Below are positions 23,866-36,800 of a DNA stretch of 64,000 nucleotides, piece by piece (position 1 is the first letter of the stretch; each line of letters begins with the position of its first letter). Source of the DNA: Vicugna vicugna (Eukaryota); NCBI GenBank assembly GCA_013265495.1, contig MU058650.1:996267-1060266 (forward strand), read 5' to 3'. The position numbers and the translations under genes are program-made. Below the pieces are notes generated by a model. That model searched no databases. It saw only the letters and a program-made list of their open reading frames with translations, and was not told the DNA's origin.

Positions 23866-24674
23866 ACACTGCTGTAGACACCAAGGTGGACACAGGTCCC
23901 AGGCGGAATGGCTGCCCTGCCACCCAGAAGTTTCTAGAGAAGCTTCCTACGGGAGTAAGCTGGGGCTGCCCCGGTGCACACTTCCACTGATGGCCAGTCT
24001 CAAAGAGTTTCCCTCTCTCAAGGTGTCAGTCAGGGTGGCCACCCTCCTACACGTGGGAGAAAACAAACAAGTAAGAGTCTTTGCTTATTAGCCAAACTCT
24101 TTACCTCACTGAATAGAAACCGCCTAGTTGCAACTTAACAGCTGTCAGAGAAGTTATTCAAAGTCCGAGTCTAGAGTGGACCTGGGAGCTTGACAGCACC
24201 AAGAGGGTGACAATCAAAATAATGCAACTCTGCTGCCCACGTGTTCCGACCCTATTTTCAGAGTGCACCGAAACATTTGCAGAACAGCATAGAGCCATTC
24301 GTAAATAAACCAAAGACTTTCATGCAGCCTAACAGCAATCTGGTTCCTTTTTCATGCTCTAGAATAAAGCCGGTAAATTAGAATCAATTAAAAATATTAG
24401 CTAATTATAAAAAAGCTACTAAAATGTCCTTATGAAATTGCTAGGTTTGGGGTTACATTTATTCTTACTATGAGCCACATAGTTAATTTCCTGGATTCAG
24501 GTCCTTGCTTAACTTGTGTTCCTGACTCTATTTATATGAAATGAATTAACATGTAAATGTGATACACAAATGTGAGGCTCCATCTAAAATGCTAACCTGA
24601 TGTGGATTTTTTTTTATGGATTAATATGTTTTACTTATGTTATTTTTTAATTTATTTCCCCAGCTTCTGAAAGA

Positions 24675-25470
24675 ATTTTTAATTAAACTTCTTAAGATAA
24701 ATGTATTTCATACCACATGCTGTTGTAAGGAATAATATGGAGTGATCCCATATATCCTTCATCGATTTCCCCCCAATGGTACGTCTTGTATAGCTGTGGT
24801 GTAAAGTCACAACAGGGAAGTTGACATTGATTTAATCCACCGATCTTACTCAGATTTCACCAGTGTTACATGTACTTATTTGTATGTATGTTCAGTTCCA
24901 TGAAATTTTATCCTGTGTGTACATTTGTATAATCACCATCCCAGTCAATGTTTAGAACATTTCAATCACTATAAGGATGCCTTGTGCAGCCCTTTTATAA
25001 GCACACCCACCTCCCCCGACCCCATCCCTGTCCCTCAGCCCTGGCAATCACCAATCTGCTCTCCATGTCTATCATTTGGTCATTTCAGGAATGTTTTATA
25101 ATTGGAATCATACAGTATGTAACCTTTCTGGATTGGCTTTTTCACTCTGCGTAACCCCTTGAGATTCATCCAAGTTTTTCTGTGTATTAATAGTTGATTC
25201 CTTTTTAATTGCTGAGTAGTATTCCATGGAATGAATATACCACAGTTTGTTTACTCATCTTTTAAAGGATATTTGGGTTGTTTTTAGGTTTTGGTCATTA
25301 CGAATAAAGTTGCTCTGAATGTTAGTGTTTGTATTTTAATGTAAAAATAACTTTTCATATCTCAGGGATAAATGCCTAACTGTATAATTGCTGAGTCATA
25401 TGGGAATGCATGTTTGGTTTTATAAGAAACAGCTAAATTGTTTTTCAGAGGGACTGTACCATTTTACATA
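24675..25470 (-). mobile_element. Old L1 (L1MB-like) 3' end, antisense
   Basis: ggaatcatacagtatgtaacctttctggattggctttttcact...ctgtaccattttaca. Confidence 0.85.
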
Positions 25471-27165
25471 AAAGATAAGCAGGAATTTCTAGGTACAGCA
25501 AAGAGTGCTAGTCATTCCCCATATCTGACTGACCCATCTCTCACAGTAACTGAAATCCCTAACTTTGAGCTGAAGCACATGGCTATCCAAGACTAAAGAC
25601 TTACATTTCCCGCCTTCTCTTCCAGCGAGGTGTGATCGTTTGATTAGTTCTGGTGACTAAAATGTAAGTAGGAGTGCTGCGGGAATCTTCTAAGTATGGT
25701 CCATTAAAAAAACCGCAGAATATGCCCTCTGCCCTTCTGCTCGTTTCTAGTTCCTCCTGCTGCTACAAACCAGACGTGGTATTTGCCATCTTGGACCGTA
25801 AGGGCAAGAGCTGCATCGTAAGGATGTCAGTGGTGAGCTGAGAGTAGCCTAAGTCCCGATGAACCCCAGCAGACCTACCAGCCCTAGGCTGTCTGTCTTC
25901 CCCAGACTTTTATGTGAAAGTGAAACAAAGTATCTTTCAGTTTCAGTTGGTGTAAGCTATTCTTTATTTAAATCTCTGTTATTTGCATCTGGACTGAGTT
26001 CTGACTAATATACCAGGTGCCAAAGCACGGAGACCCATCCCGGAAGACCCATGCAGGGAACCGCATTCACTCAGAACAGCTTTGTACAGAGTGCTCACTG
26101 GCACCTAGCTACCAATGGGGCAAGAGCCAAGGACACAGGCAGGGACCTGGTCATGAGGGGTGCGGTACTCCAGGTGTGCTCTTGTTCAGGAACACAGAAC
26201 TATCATCAAGATTTCCCTAATAGGTCTAAGGATACCCACGTGTCCAGGTGTGCTCCTCCACAAACCACTGAAAGGGAGCACCTGCACCTTGCTGGAGCTC
26301 TCCCCGAGACTGCTGCCTTCCACAGCTCAGCCCTCCTGGCGTTTTTGCTGACACCGCACCTGTGGGTCATGCGGACGTTACGTTAGATCATTCAGAGCCC
26401 AGCGCACCCCATCACCTGGTCCCCCTAACAGAACTGCTTACAGCTACAGTCTCATTAAAGATGCTCAAGAAGATCTCTAGCTTGTTGGGCTTTCTTTCCT
26501 TTTAAAAAAAAATTATCAGTAACAATTTCACTCACTGAAGCAAAAATTCCAGACAGCACATCTCCTGCCAACACTTCATAATTCTTTGAATAATGGCACC
26601 ATGAATATTTATGTCTTGTTATTATCACTAATACAAGGAATGACAGTTTTAGCACAAGTTACCGTATTTATTTCCATCTCACTGCACAACCCTGAATATT
26701 CTGTTTTGTTTCCTCCCACTCAGCAGCTCATATACCTGCAGCAAACCTGCTTATGGCCCTGTTAGGTGGAATACCCCACAAAGAAATGTCCATTTTCCTT
26801 TCATGTGCAAACAGAGGGCTAGGGAACCAGGCATGCATTCATCCATTCAGCAGCAAACAGTCACTGGGGGCCTGCTGTATGCCAGGCGTTGTGCTAGTCA
26901 CCAGGAGACAAAGGGGAGTAAGATATGACCTTTGCCTGCAAGTCTAGATGGAAGATAGACACATAAACAGTCCACTACACTGCAGGGAGGTGGGTGAGGT
27001 CGGTGGACTGTCTTCAGTGCTACGGGAGACGACACTCATGGGGACAATTTGCACAGAGGCACCAAGGTGAACAGAGAGCAATCTGGGCAGAGCATTACAA
27101 GCTGTTCTGCCTTGCCAGAAAGCACAGAGCATTCTTAGAATAAGAATGGCCTTAAAGGCTTTCTT

Positions 27166-27619
27166 TTTTTATTATTATTTTTAATTAATAGACTTTATTT
27201 TTTTAGAGCAGTTTCAGGTTCACAGAAGAATTGAGCAGAAAATACAGAGAGTTCACACATAGCCCTCCCCACCCACACATATATACACTCCCCTACCCTC
27301 AGCATCCCTCATCAGTGCAGCATATTTGCACAATCAATGAAGCAACATGGGCACATTATTATCAACCAAAGTCCACAGTTTACATTAGGGCTCACTCTTG
27401 ATGTTGTACATTCTATGGGTTTTGGCAAATGCATCATGACATGTAGCCACCACTATGGTATAATACAGAGTAGTTTCATTGCCCTAAAAATCCCTTGTGC
27501 TCCATCTATTCATTCCTCCCTCCCACCCTCTCCTCAAAGCCCTGGAAACCATGATCTTTTTATTGTTTCTGTAGCTGTGCCTTTTCCAGAATGTCATTTG
27601 GTTGGAATCATAGTTTGTA
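27166..27619 (-). mobile_element. L1MC-like 3'-end insertion with perfect 17-bp TSD, splitting an L2
   Basis: TSD gccttaaaggctttctt at 27149-27165 and 27620-27636; T-rich tail at the left; TT/AAGAAA-type endonuclease site on the minus strand. Confidence 0.9.
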
Positions 27620-27984
27620 GCCTTAAAGGCTTTCTTAAAGAGCTGGAACTTGAGGATGAATCTGAGGGGTCAAAAGTAAGACAGTAAGATTGTCGAGAGA
27701 TTGTTAGTGCGGTCCAGGTAACAAATTACAGGGAACCAAACTGGAGTTGGCAGGGTAGGTACGGAGAAGGGGAAACAGACTCAGAAACTATTTAAACAAT
27801 TAAATCAGAATAATTAGTACCTGGTTCCAGGAGGAGGAGAGTATGTATTTGGAAGGGTTGAGATAGATCTATCAGGATGGGAGAGAGGAAGAGGAAGAAA
27901 TCAATAAATAGAAAAATTCGTAGGTTACTTATGAAAATTTTATCTGTTTTAAAAATAGTCTCTTCTCATCCAGGTTTTTGTTGT

Positions 27985-28538
27985 CTCAAAAAAATTCCAA
28001 AAACACTAAATTGAAAAGACACATACACCCCAATGTTCACAGTAGCATTATTTACAATGGTCAAGATATGGGAAAAAAACTAAGTGTCCATCAACAGATA
28101 AATAGATAAAGATAATGGATAAAGAAGATGTGGTATATATACTACTCAGCCATAAAAGTGAACGAAAATTTGCCATTTGCAACAGAACAGATGGACTTGG
28201 AGGATCCATGCTAAATGAAATAAGTCAGACAGAGAAAGACAAATACTGCACGATATCATTTATATGTGGACTCTAAAAAGCACAGCAAGCTAGTGTACTA
28301 GTTTTCGGTTACAAAAAAGCAGCAGACTCACACACACAGACAACAAACTAATGGTTCCCAGTGGGGAGAGGGGAGGGGCAACGTAGTGGTGGGGACGTGA
28401 GAGGTACAAACGAGCGGGTGTGACCCGGGCTTAGGGATGTTTCATACAGCACGGGGAATATAGCCAGCATTTTGTAATAACTGTAAAAGGAAAATAACCT
28501 TTGAAAAATGTATTAAAATTTTTTAACTAAAAAAAAAG
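27985..28538 (+). mobile_element. L1 3' fragment (ORF2 end/3'UTR) with A tail
   Basis: gacacatacaccccaatgttcacagtagcattatttacaa...agacaaatactgcacgatatc...aaaaaaaaa. Confidence 0.88.
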
Positions 28539-29254
28539 GTTCATTTGATTGTAAATGTCAGAAAATCCAGCCCAAGTCGGCATAAACAAGTAATAGCAGC
28601 ACATAGTGAGTGCTTACTATTGCTAGATATTGATCTAAGCACTTTAATGGATTAATCTTATAACTCATTTAAATAAAAAGAGATTTATTGGCTCATGTCA
28701 GTGGAAAAATGAGTCATATAGCTGGCTGGAGATATAGATGGATCCAGCAGCTCAAAAAAACATCACTGAGATTGTGTTTGTCTCCATCCCTTGGTTCCAC
28801 AGTGGCGGTGACTGAAGCAGCTTCCATAGTGCACACTTTTAAGGTCAGCCCCTGGCGAGGAGTTTGGTTGGAAAGTCTGCTTCAGATAAAGACCTGAAAT
28901 TGCATCTCTTACTAGCTCAACTTGAGATGTGTGTCCATCACTGTTACTAGGGGGAGGTAGGGTTTTGACTGACTAAACATGGTCACGTGCCACTATCCCA
29001 AAACTGTGTTCACTGAGAGCAGGAGAGGAATCATTCACTCGTAAAGAAATCAGGTATTTTGCAAGAAGTAAGGGAAACGGATTTTGTGGGAGGATGACAA
29101 AAAACAACCAGTGTTCACTCCATTAATTATTACTCACACACTCACACACACACACACACACCTCATATATTTGTCTACATGTATTATACATGTGTAACAC
29201 CCAACCAGCTTAGATAAGGTTTATGCTTACTTTAATTTGGATGTTCTGTTAGAC

Positions 29255-29695
29255 TGATTGCACTAGTAGCCCCAACTTTCACACTTCCCTAAATCTGATC
29301 TCTCTGCCCTCCCCACCGACTCTGAGCTTAGCATTGTGTTTTGCTTTGGGCAATGGGACAATATCAAACTTGACACAGCAGAGACTTGAAAAAACCTTTG
29401 AGTTTCTTCTTCTTCTCTTTGAACTTGGCCACCACCATGGGAACAAGCTTGGGCTGGCCTCAGGGAGGACCAGAGACCATGTGGAGGCAAGTTAAGATAT
29501 GTACTCGCTAAAACTCTCCTGGACCAGCCAGCCCCAGTTGACCTGCCAGTGGACAGCAGATGCATGAGCAAGCCCAGCCAAGATTAGCCAGATCAGCAGG
29601 ACATCCAGGTGTGGATTCATGAGAAATAACAAATGCTGTTGTTTGAAGCCGCTAAGCTTTGTGGTGGTTTATCATGCGACAGTAGGTATTTGAAA
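29255..29695 (+). mobile_element. MaLR (MLT1-type) LTR
   Basis: 3' motif gagaaataacaaatgctgttgtttgaagccgctaagctttgtggtggttt. Confidence 0.7.
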
Positions 29696-32344
29696 CATAT
29701 TCTCCATTTATGCCTAATGACATGATTAGCAAAGTTAACAAAGTAACAAAGTCCACGATAAGCTACTCTGGGTGATAAGGAAGATGGCAGGAAAGGGAGG
29801 GACACGTGGCTACAGCCTGAGTAGGCTGCTACAGCGAGCGCTCTGGCAGCCTGAGATCTTGGGCGAGCAGGGCCAAGAGTACTAAAAGGTAGAAGTGAGT
29901 TGCAGAAAAAGGGTTGTTCAATCAACCTATAAGTTTCCATTCACACATTTATTGAAATACTATCAGGTAGTACAATGGCCTAAGCCCTGGGGCAAAAAGA
30001 GCTGAGGAGGGAAGGCTCAGGCTCCTGAAATGAGCAGGGCATGATGACCCCCGTCCAGCATCCATCGTGATGTGCTCAGACGCACACCGGCGGTGCAGGT
30101 GGGGAGCCAGGCAGAAACCAGCGAAGGAAGCCAACACGGGGGTGCAAGAGAACTGCAAGGGAGAAACCCAGCCGGATTTTCCCATGAAATGGGATCATTA
30201 TACTTCCCAGAAATTTGGAAGCTCAGTTTACTAAAGGATCTGAGTCACATAGCAAATCACAAAAAAATAAAGATTAAAAACATTGTTTCATTGGCTCAGA
30301 TGGAAAACCTGAGAGTTTAGATCAGGAGATGTGAGTTCTGTTCCTGCTTGACCTTGGGTAGGCCACAGAATGTCTTTAGATCTTAGTTTTCTCATCTATA
30401 AAATGAAGAAACTAGGTAATGTCTACCATTTCTACCTCTTGTAAAACTCCTCAGCTCTCGGTCTGAAAGAAGAACCCAGCTGTAAAACAGAAACTATAAT
30501 TTCTGGGGTATTTCATTTACCTTAATTTTGGTCCAAGAATCAGCTCTTCATCAGGAAGCTGGAAGAGGAAAAACCAGCAAACTGTCATCTCAAAGCTCAG
30601 GGTGACAGGGATATACACATTAGACTTTCATTAGGATGAAAAGGAATTACCTTTTGACTATTATCTTTTTTTCCAGAAATGTTTCAAATCTCCAAGAATA
30701 ATGAGGCTTCTGTCTCCTTTTTTTGACAGTGTGAAAATGATCAAATGTCTTTCTCTGGTTGGAACACAAAGCCTCCGTTTTCAAATAAGTACCTCGGAGT
30801 TTGATGATGTGGAAAATGGAACAACTGTCATTTCTCTCAACACACGCAATGCACAAGGCCCTCATTTATCTTCCAACACCCACCCGCGTCCTAAAAGTAC
30901 CCTCATTTCTTTAGGAGAAAATAACTCTCCTCCGTCGTGTAGTCTTGGAAAAAGGAAAAACCTTAGAAACCATTTCTTATACTGGAAGGTGAAGGGCTCA
31001 GAGCCTCCGTCCCCCTGGCCTTGGGGCTGGGGCGGGTGATCCATGTTACTGAGTTTGAGCAAAAAGACGCTTCCTGAGAACTTTGAATCTGAGCTAGCTG
31101 GGGGTGGGGTGAGTGTTACTCTTCCCAGGCTTTGCTCACCAAACTGTTCCTTCCCCACTGCTTTCCATGGGTTTCCATGGATTCTACATGTTTCCAAGCC
31201 TGGTCTTTCAGCCTCTCTCTGAGTCCTCTGACATCCTACAAACAGATTCCCTTTAGCTCAAGCTGTTCTGCATCTGTTTCTAGTATAGGTAATTGAGAAT
31301 CCTGACAGATCCAATAATACACCACCGTACCAGTCTTATATGTGTCAAAGTGTTATGTTGTTTCTTTCTTCCTGTTCCCTCTGCAATGTGTGCTCTTCCT
31401 CCTTTAATAATAATTCATAATTTTTTGCACTTTTATGGAGACTTTATAGGGTAGCAGTTGAAAACACTGGTTAAACTTCCAGGTATTACTTTTATAAGCA
31501 ATAAAATTTAATTTTTATAAAATGTGATCTTGGAGATATAATGAATCAGATTTAAGATTGACATGAACTTTGCATTCAACTCTTCCTCTCCCTTGTCCCA
31601 CCCTCCAAGTTCTCTCTAATCTTAGAACTACCCTGAGGATCTATTCCTCCTTATCCCAGGGCCTACCCCTGTCTAGAAATATGAACTACTTCTATGGGAT
31701 CCAAATGGTTCCTTCACCATAACCTTCTCCCGTCAATCTGTCTCACTCTTCATTGTGAAATGGAACTTCCCAGTGGCATCTATAATCACATTTTTTCCTT
31801 GCTCAAAACCTTTCCCTGAGTCCCACAACTCATATTTCTTTTCATTAAAAAAAAAATTTTAAGACACTATTTTGTCCTCAAGGCATTTGGAACAACCATA
31901 GACAAGACTCTTCTTAGAATGATGGAAACTTAATATAGGGAAGAAATTTAGAGGCCATCTGAGTTAATTTATATAGTCACATCTTTAAATTAAATCCTTA
32001 AATCTCTACACAAAATGGATTGGTGGGGGCAGAGAATAGAAGAGGTGGTTTTGATCTAACTTGGCAGATTAGATGGAGTGAACTAAATTCATATGTTCTG
32101 TTTAAACCTGCATTATTTTGGACTGTCGCGTTTTACACCTCAAAGGCCCTTTGCCTTTAATCTCTCCTCCCTCCAAACTGTCATGCTACTACCAGAGATA
32201 GCTTTGTAAAACCTAAAACTGTGTCATGACTTTGAGAGCTTCCTATTCTTACGAAATCCATACTTGGTATTCAGACGGTGCTAACTCTTTGGTATCTGAC
32301 CTCCACCGTAAGAGATTGAGAGCAAACATGTCTCCAATTCTTCA

Positions 32345-32862
32345 CCCATCTTTATCCCCATCGTTTTGTGATTTGACTTTGTAGTTCCTCCCATCACCAG
32401 GTGGACTCAGTTTCCCGACCCTTGGAATTTACGTTAGGCCTTGTGACTTTCATTGGCCAACAGACTGTGGCAGAAATGACAGAGTACCAATACCAAGACC
32501 AGGTCTCAAGAGGCCTTGCCCACTTGCACTTACTTTCTTGGAGCTCTACCACTTGCAGATGAACAAGCCCAGGCTTTGCTACTCTGCAATGAGAGATGCA
32601 TGGCCCAGGCACCCTGTCCACCCAGCCAACATCTAGCCAACGACCACACATGTTAAGGAGGCCAGCCTAGGCAAGCCAGCCCCAGCCCTACCCATCAGAA
32701 TACCGTAGACTTTTGACCAAGCCCCACTGACATCAGCCAAGTCTGGCCCAGATATACAGAACTCTCCAACTAGCTTGTAAACTCGTAAATAATAATGAAC
32801 ACTGATTGTTTAAGCCACTCCATTTATGGTGATTCATTACCCAGCATTAGCTAACTGAGATA
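32345..32862 (+). mobile_element. MaLR (MLT1E/F-like) LTR
   Basis: ggccttgtgactttcattggccaacagactgtggcagaaatgac...gattgtttaagccact...gctaactgagata. Confidence 0.75.
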
Positions 32863-33859
32863 CTAATCTACTTTCCAGCTTCTCACTCACTCTCTACCTT
32901 GTATCTAGATATTTTGTGACTGCAAGTACTTGACATTCCCTAAGTATCTGACAATCATGTCTCACTGTCTTTGTTATGCTTCACCTTCTGCCTGGAAGGG
33001 CCTTTTCTCTTTCTTATTTTGTGAAACTCCACTCAACATTCAAGATCCAACTAAAATGTCATTTGTTTGTTCATGAAATATTTATTGAGGGTAGGTTCTG
33101 AAGCTTTGAAACTGAGCAAGATGCAGTCTGTGCACTCAAGCAGCTCAGAGTGGAGGAAAAAGCAAACAAGTAAATATCTAATGTTGCTTTCTTAATTCTT
33201 TCCCTAACTCCTTTAGGTAGACTTGAGTCTTTCTTATTTCTTCCCAATCACTCTCATTCCTCAATATAGTCCTTCTCATAATGTGATGCCAGCCATAATA
33301 ACAGTGCCTAACTTGAAGAAATCTTATGAATAGATGAGATTTTTGAAGGCAAAAACCTTAGCATGGTGGGTGAAACAAAGTGAAAAATAATGTTAGTTCT
33401 TGTTTTTAGTTGATACATACTCTCATCACGTGGCTGAATATAAGTTTCTTGAGAACAGGAACTGAGCCAAATTCATCTTCGTGTTTGAAGTGCTTAAAGG
33501 GTGCCTGGCACATGGTAAACACTCACCAGATGTCCATCAATCAGATATCACCAAATGTTTAAGAATTGAGCACAAACCCCAAAAGCACAGCACTGGTCAG
33601 TGGCCCTGGGGCTCTTGTGTTATACTGGGGCGCCCTCTGCTGTGCATGGGTCTGTTCACACATCCAGGGATGAGTTGACTCTCCTGACGGAGCCCAAATA
33701 AAGCTAGAAAACTTCCAGAAAGGCACATCCAAGCCAAGTGTCCATCTGCTCAGCTGTGGGTACCTCTCTAACCCGACCCCACAGTGCTATACACAGGGTC
33801 CTTCATTTTATAGCTGCAACCACCCATGTTAGTTCTTTTTTGAAGAGACAATATTTTGG

Positions 33860-36800
33860 CTCAGATTTGAGGTCAAGATGGTGGAGTACTAGGACGACGA
33901 GCTCGCCTCTCCTTTTGACTACAACAAAACCACAACTGACCGCTAAACAAGCAACAACAACAACAACAAAAAAACAAAAAACAAAAACAAAAAGACTTAA
34001 ACTTAGCAAAAAAAGATCTTCTTCAACTGGAAATATAGAGAAATAGAAAGCACAGCAGGATGATAGGAGGGGTGTGCTCCCAATATGATCAGGCCCCATA
34101 CTTCCCAGGGTGGGCAGCCCACAAGCTGAAGAATAATTAAGTCGCAGAGGCCCTCCCACAGGAGTGAGAATTCTGAGCCCCACGTCAGGCTCCCCAGTCC
34201 AGGGTTCCAGCATAGGGAGGAGGAGACCCCAGGACATCTGAGTTTGAAGGCCAATGGGGCTTAACTTCCAGGACTCCCAGAGGACTGGGGGAAACAGAGA
34301 CTTCATTCTCTTGGGAAGCACACACAGAATCTGATGCATGCCAGGTCCAAGGACAGAGGCAGTGATTTCATAGGAACCTGGGCAAGACCAGCCTGCTGAT
34401 TTTGGAAGTTCTCTTGGGGAGGCAAGGGATGGCTGCAGCTCACCCAGGGGACATAAAAGCTGGTCGCAGACATTCCGGGAGTGTTCACCTACATAAGCTT
34501 TCCTGGAGGCTGACATCTTGATTGGCTCATTAGCACCAAGACCTAGCCCCACCCTAAAGCCTACAGGCTTAATGATTGGGACGCCTCAGGCCAAACAACA
34601 TACTGGATGTGAACACAGCCCCAGCCATCAACAGACATCTTGAGCCTCTAGACATGGCCATACCCATTAGAGGTCCAGGACCAAGCTTCACCCAGCAGTG
34701 AGCAGGCATGGGCTCCTCCTGCCAGGAAACCTGCATAAGCCTCTAGTCCAGCCTTATCCACCAGGGGGCAGATACCAGAAATAAGAAAACAACAGTCCCA
34801 AAGCCTGTGAAAGAAATTCACAAGCACAGGCCAGACTCTACACTGGGACAGGCTGGACCCTGGCCCTTGGGTGATAAGAGAGAAGTGTACTCCTGGGACA
34901 CATAGAAGGGCCACTTCTCCAAGGTCAAGAAACATAATGAACCTACTTAAAAATACAAATAGAAAGATAGACAATATGAGGCAGCAGAAGAATATCTCCC
35001 AGGCCAAGGCACAAGATAAAATCTCAGAAGAAGAAATAAGTGATGAGGAGATAGGTAATTTATCTGAGAAAGAGTTTAAAGTAATGATGGCGAAGATGAT
35101 CAGAGAACTCAAAAGGAGTATAGATGCACAGAGTGAAGTTTTCAGTAAAGAGTTGGAAAATATAAAGAATACACAAACAGAGTTGAAAAATTAAATCACT
35201 GAAATGAATAACACACTAGAAGGAACCAAGAATAGACTAAGCAACACAGAGGAACAAATCGTGAGCTAGAAGACAGATTAGTGGAAATCACTACTGCAGA
35301 ACAGAAAAAAAACAAAAAAGAATGAAAAGATTTGAGGATAGTTTAAGAGAACTCTGGGACAACATGAAGCACACTAATATTCACATTATAGGAGTCCCCA
35401 AAAGAAAAGAGAGAGATAAAGGACCTGGGAAAATATTTGAAGTGATATTAACTGAAAAATTCCCTAACTTGGGAAAGGAAACAGTCACCCAAGTCCTGGA
35501 AGGACAGAGAGAATCACAGAGAATCAACCCAAAGAGGAACATACCAAGGCACATAGCCATCAAATTGACAAAAATTAAGGATAAGGAAAAAATTTTAAAA
35601 TCAGCAAGAGAAAATACAAATAACATACAAGGGAATTCCTGCAAGGTTATCAGTTGATTTTTCAGCAGAGACTCTACAGGCCAGAAGGGAGAGGCATGAT
35701 ATATTTAAAGTGATGAAAGGCAAAAACTTACAACCAAGAATACTCTGTCCAGTGAGACTCTCATTCAGACGTGGAGAAATCAAAAGCTTCACAGAGAAAC
35801 AAAAGCCAAAAGAATTCAGCAGCACCAAACCAGCTTTACAATAAATGTTGAAGGAACTTCTCTAGTCATCAAAGCACAAAAAAAAAAGAGAACAAAAAGA
35901 AGAAAAAGAAAAAAAAGAGATCAAAAAACAAAACAAACAAACAAAAAACAAACCCCAAAACAATGAACAAATAGAAATAAGAACATATATATTGATAATT
36001 ACCTTAAATGTAAATGAATTAAATGCTCCAACCAGAAGACATACACTGGCTGAATAGATACAAAAACAAGACCCATATATATGCTGTCTTCAAGAGACTC
36101 ACTTCAGAGCTAGAGACACATCAGGCTGAAAGTAAGAGGATGGAAAAATATATTCCATGCAAATGAAAATCAAAAGAAACCTGGAGTAGTAATACTTATA
36201 TCAGACAAAACAGATTTTAAAATAAAGACTATCCTAGAGACAAAGAATACTACATGATGCTCAAGGGATCAATCTAAGAAGATATAACAATTGTAAATAT
36301 ATATGCAGCCAACACAGGAGCATTTCAATATACTAGGCAATTGTTAACAGACATAAAGGAGAAATCAACAATAACACAATAATAGTGGGGGACCTTAGCA
36401 CCCCACTTACAGATTATCTGGACAGAAAATCAGTAAGGAAATACAGGCCCTAAATGACACATTAGACCAGATGAACTTGACTGACATCTATAGAGCATTC
36501 CATCTGAAAGCAGCAGAGTATGGATTCTTCTCGACTGCACGTGGAACATTCTTCAGAATCGACCACAGGCTAGCCCACAAAGCAAGCCTCAGTAAATTTA
36601 AGAAAACCAAAGTTGTGTCAAGCATCTCTTCTGAGCACGCGGCTATGAGGTTAGAAATCAATCACAAGAAAAAAAACTGCAAAAACTACAAACACTTGGA
36701 GGCTAAACAATATGCTACTAAACAACCAATGGATCACTGAAGAAATAAATGAGGAAATCAAAAAATACTTTGAGACAAATGAAAATGAAAACATAAGTAT

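Noticed and set aside
33803..34552. 249-aa antisense ORF across the L1 5'UTR (ORF0-like idea)
   Set aside because: It has a GTG start, runs through a simple A-rich repeat and out of the element, and has no recognisable domain. Long antisense frames are common in GC-rich L1 UTRs.
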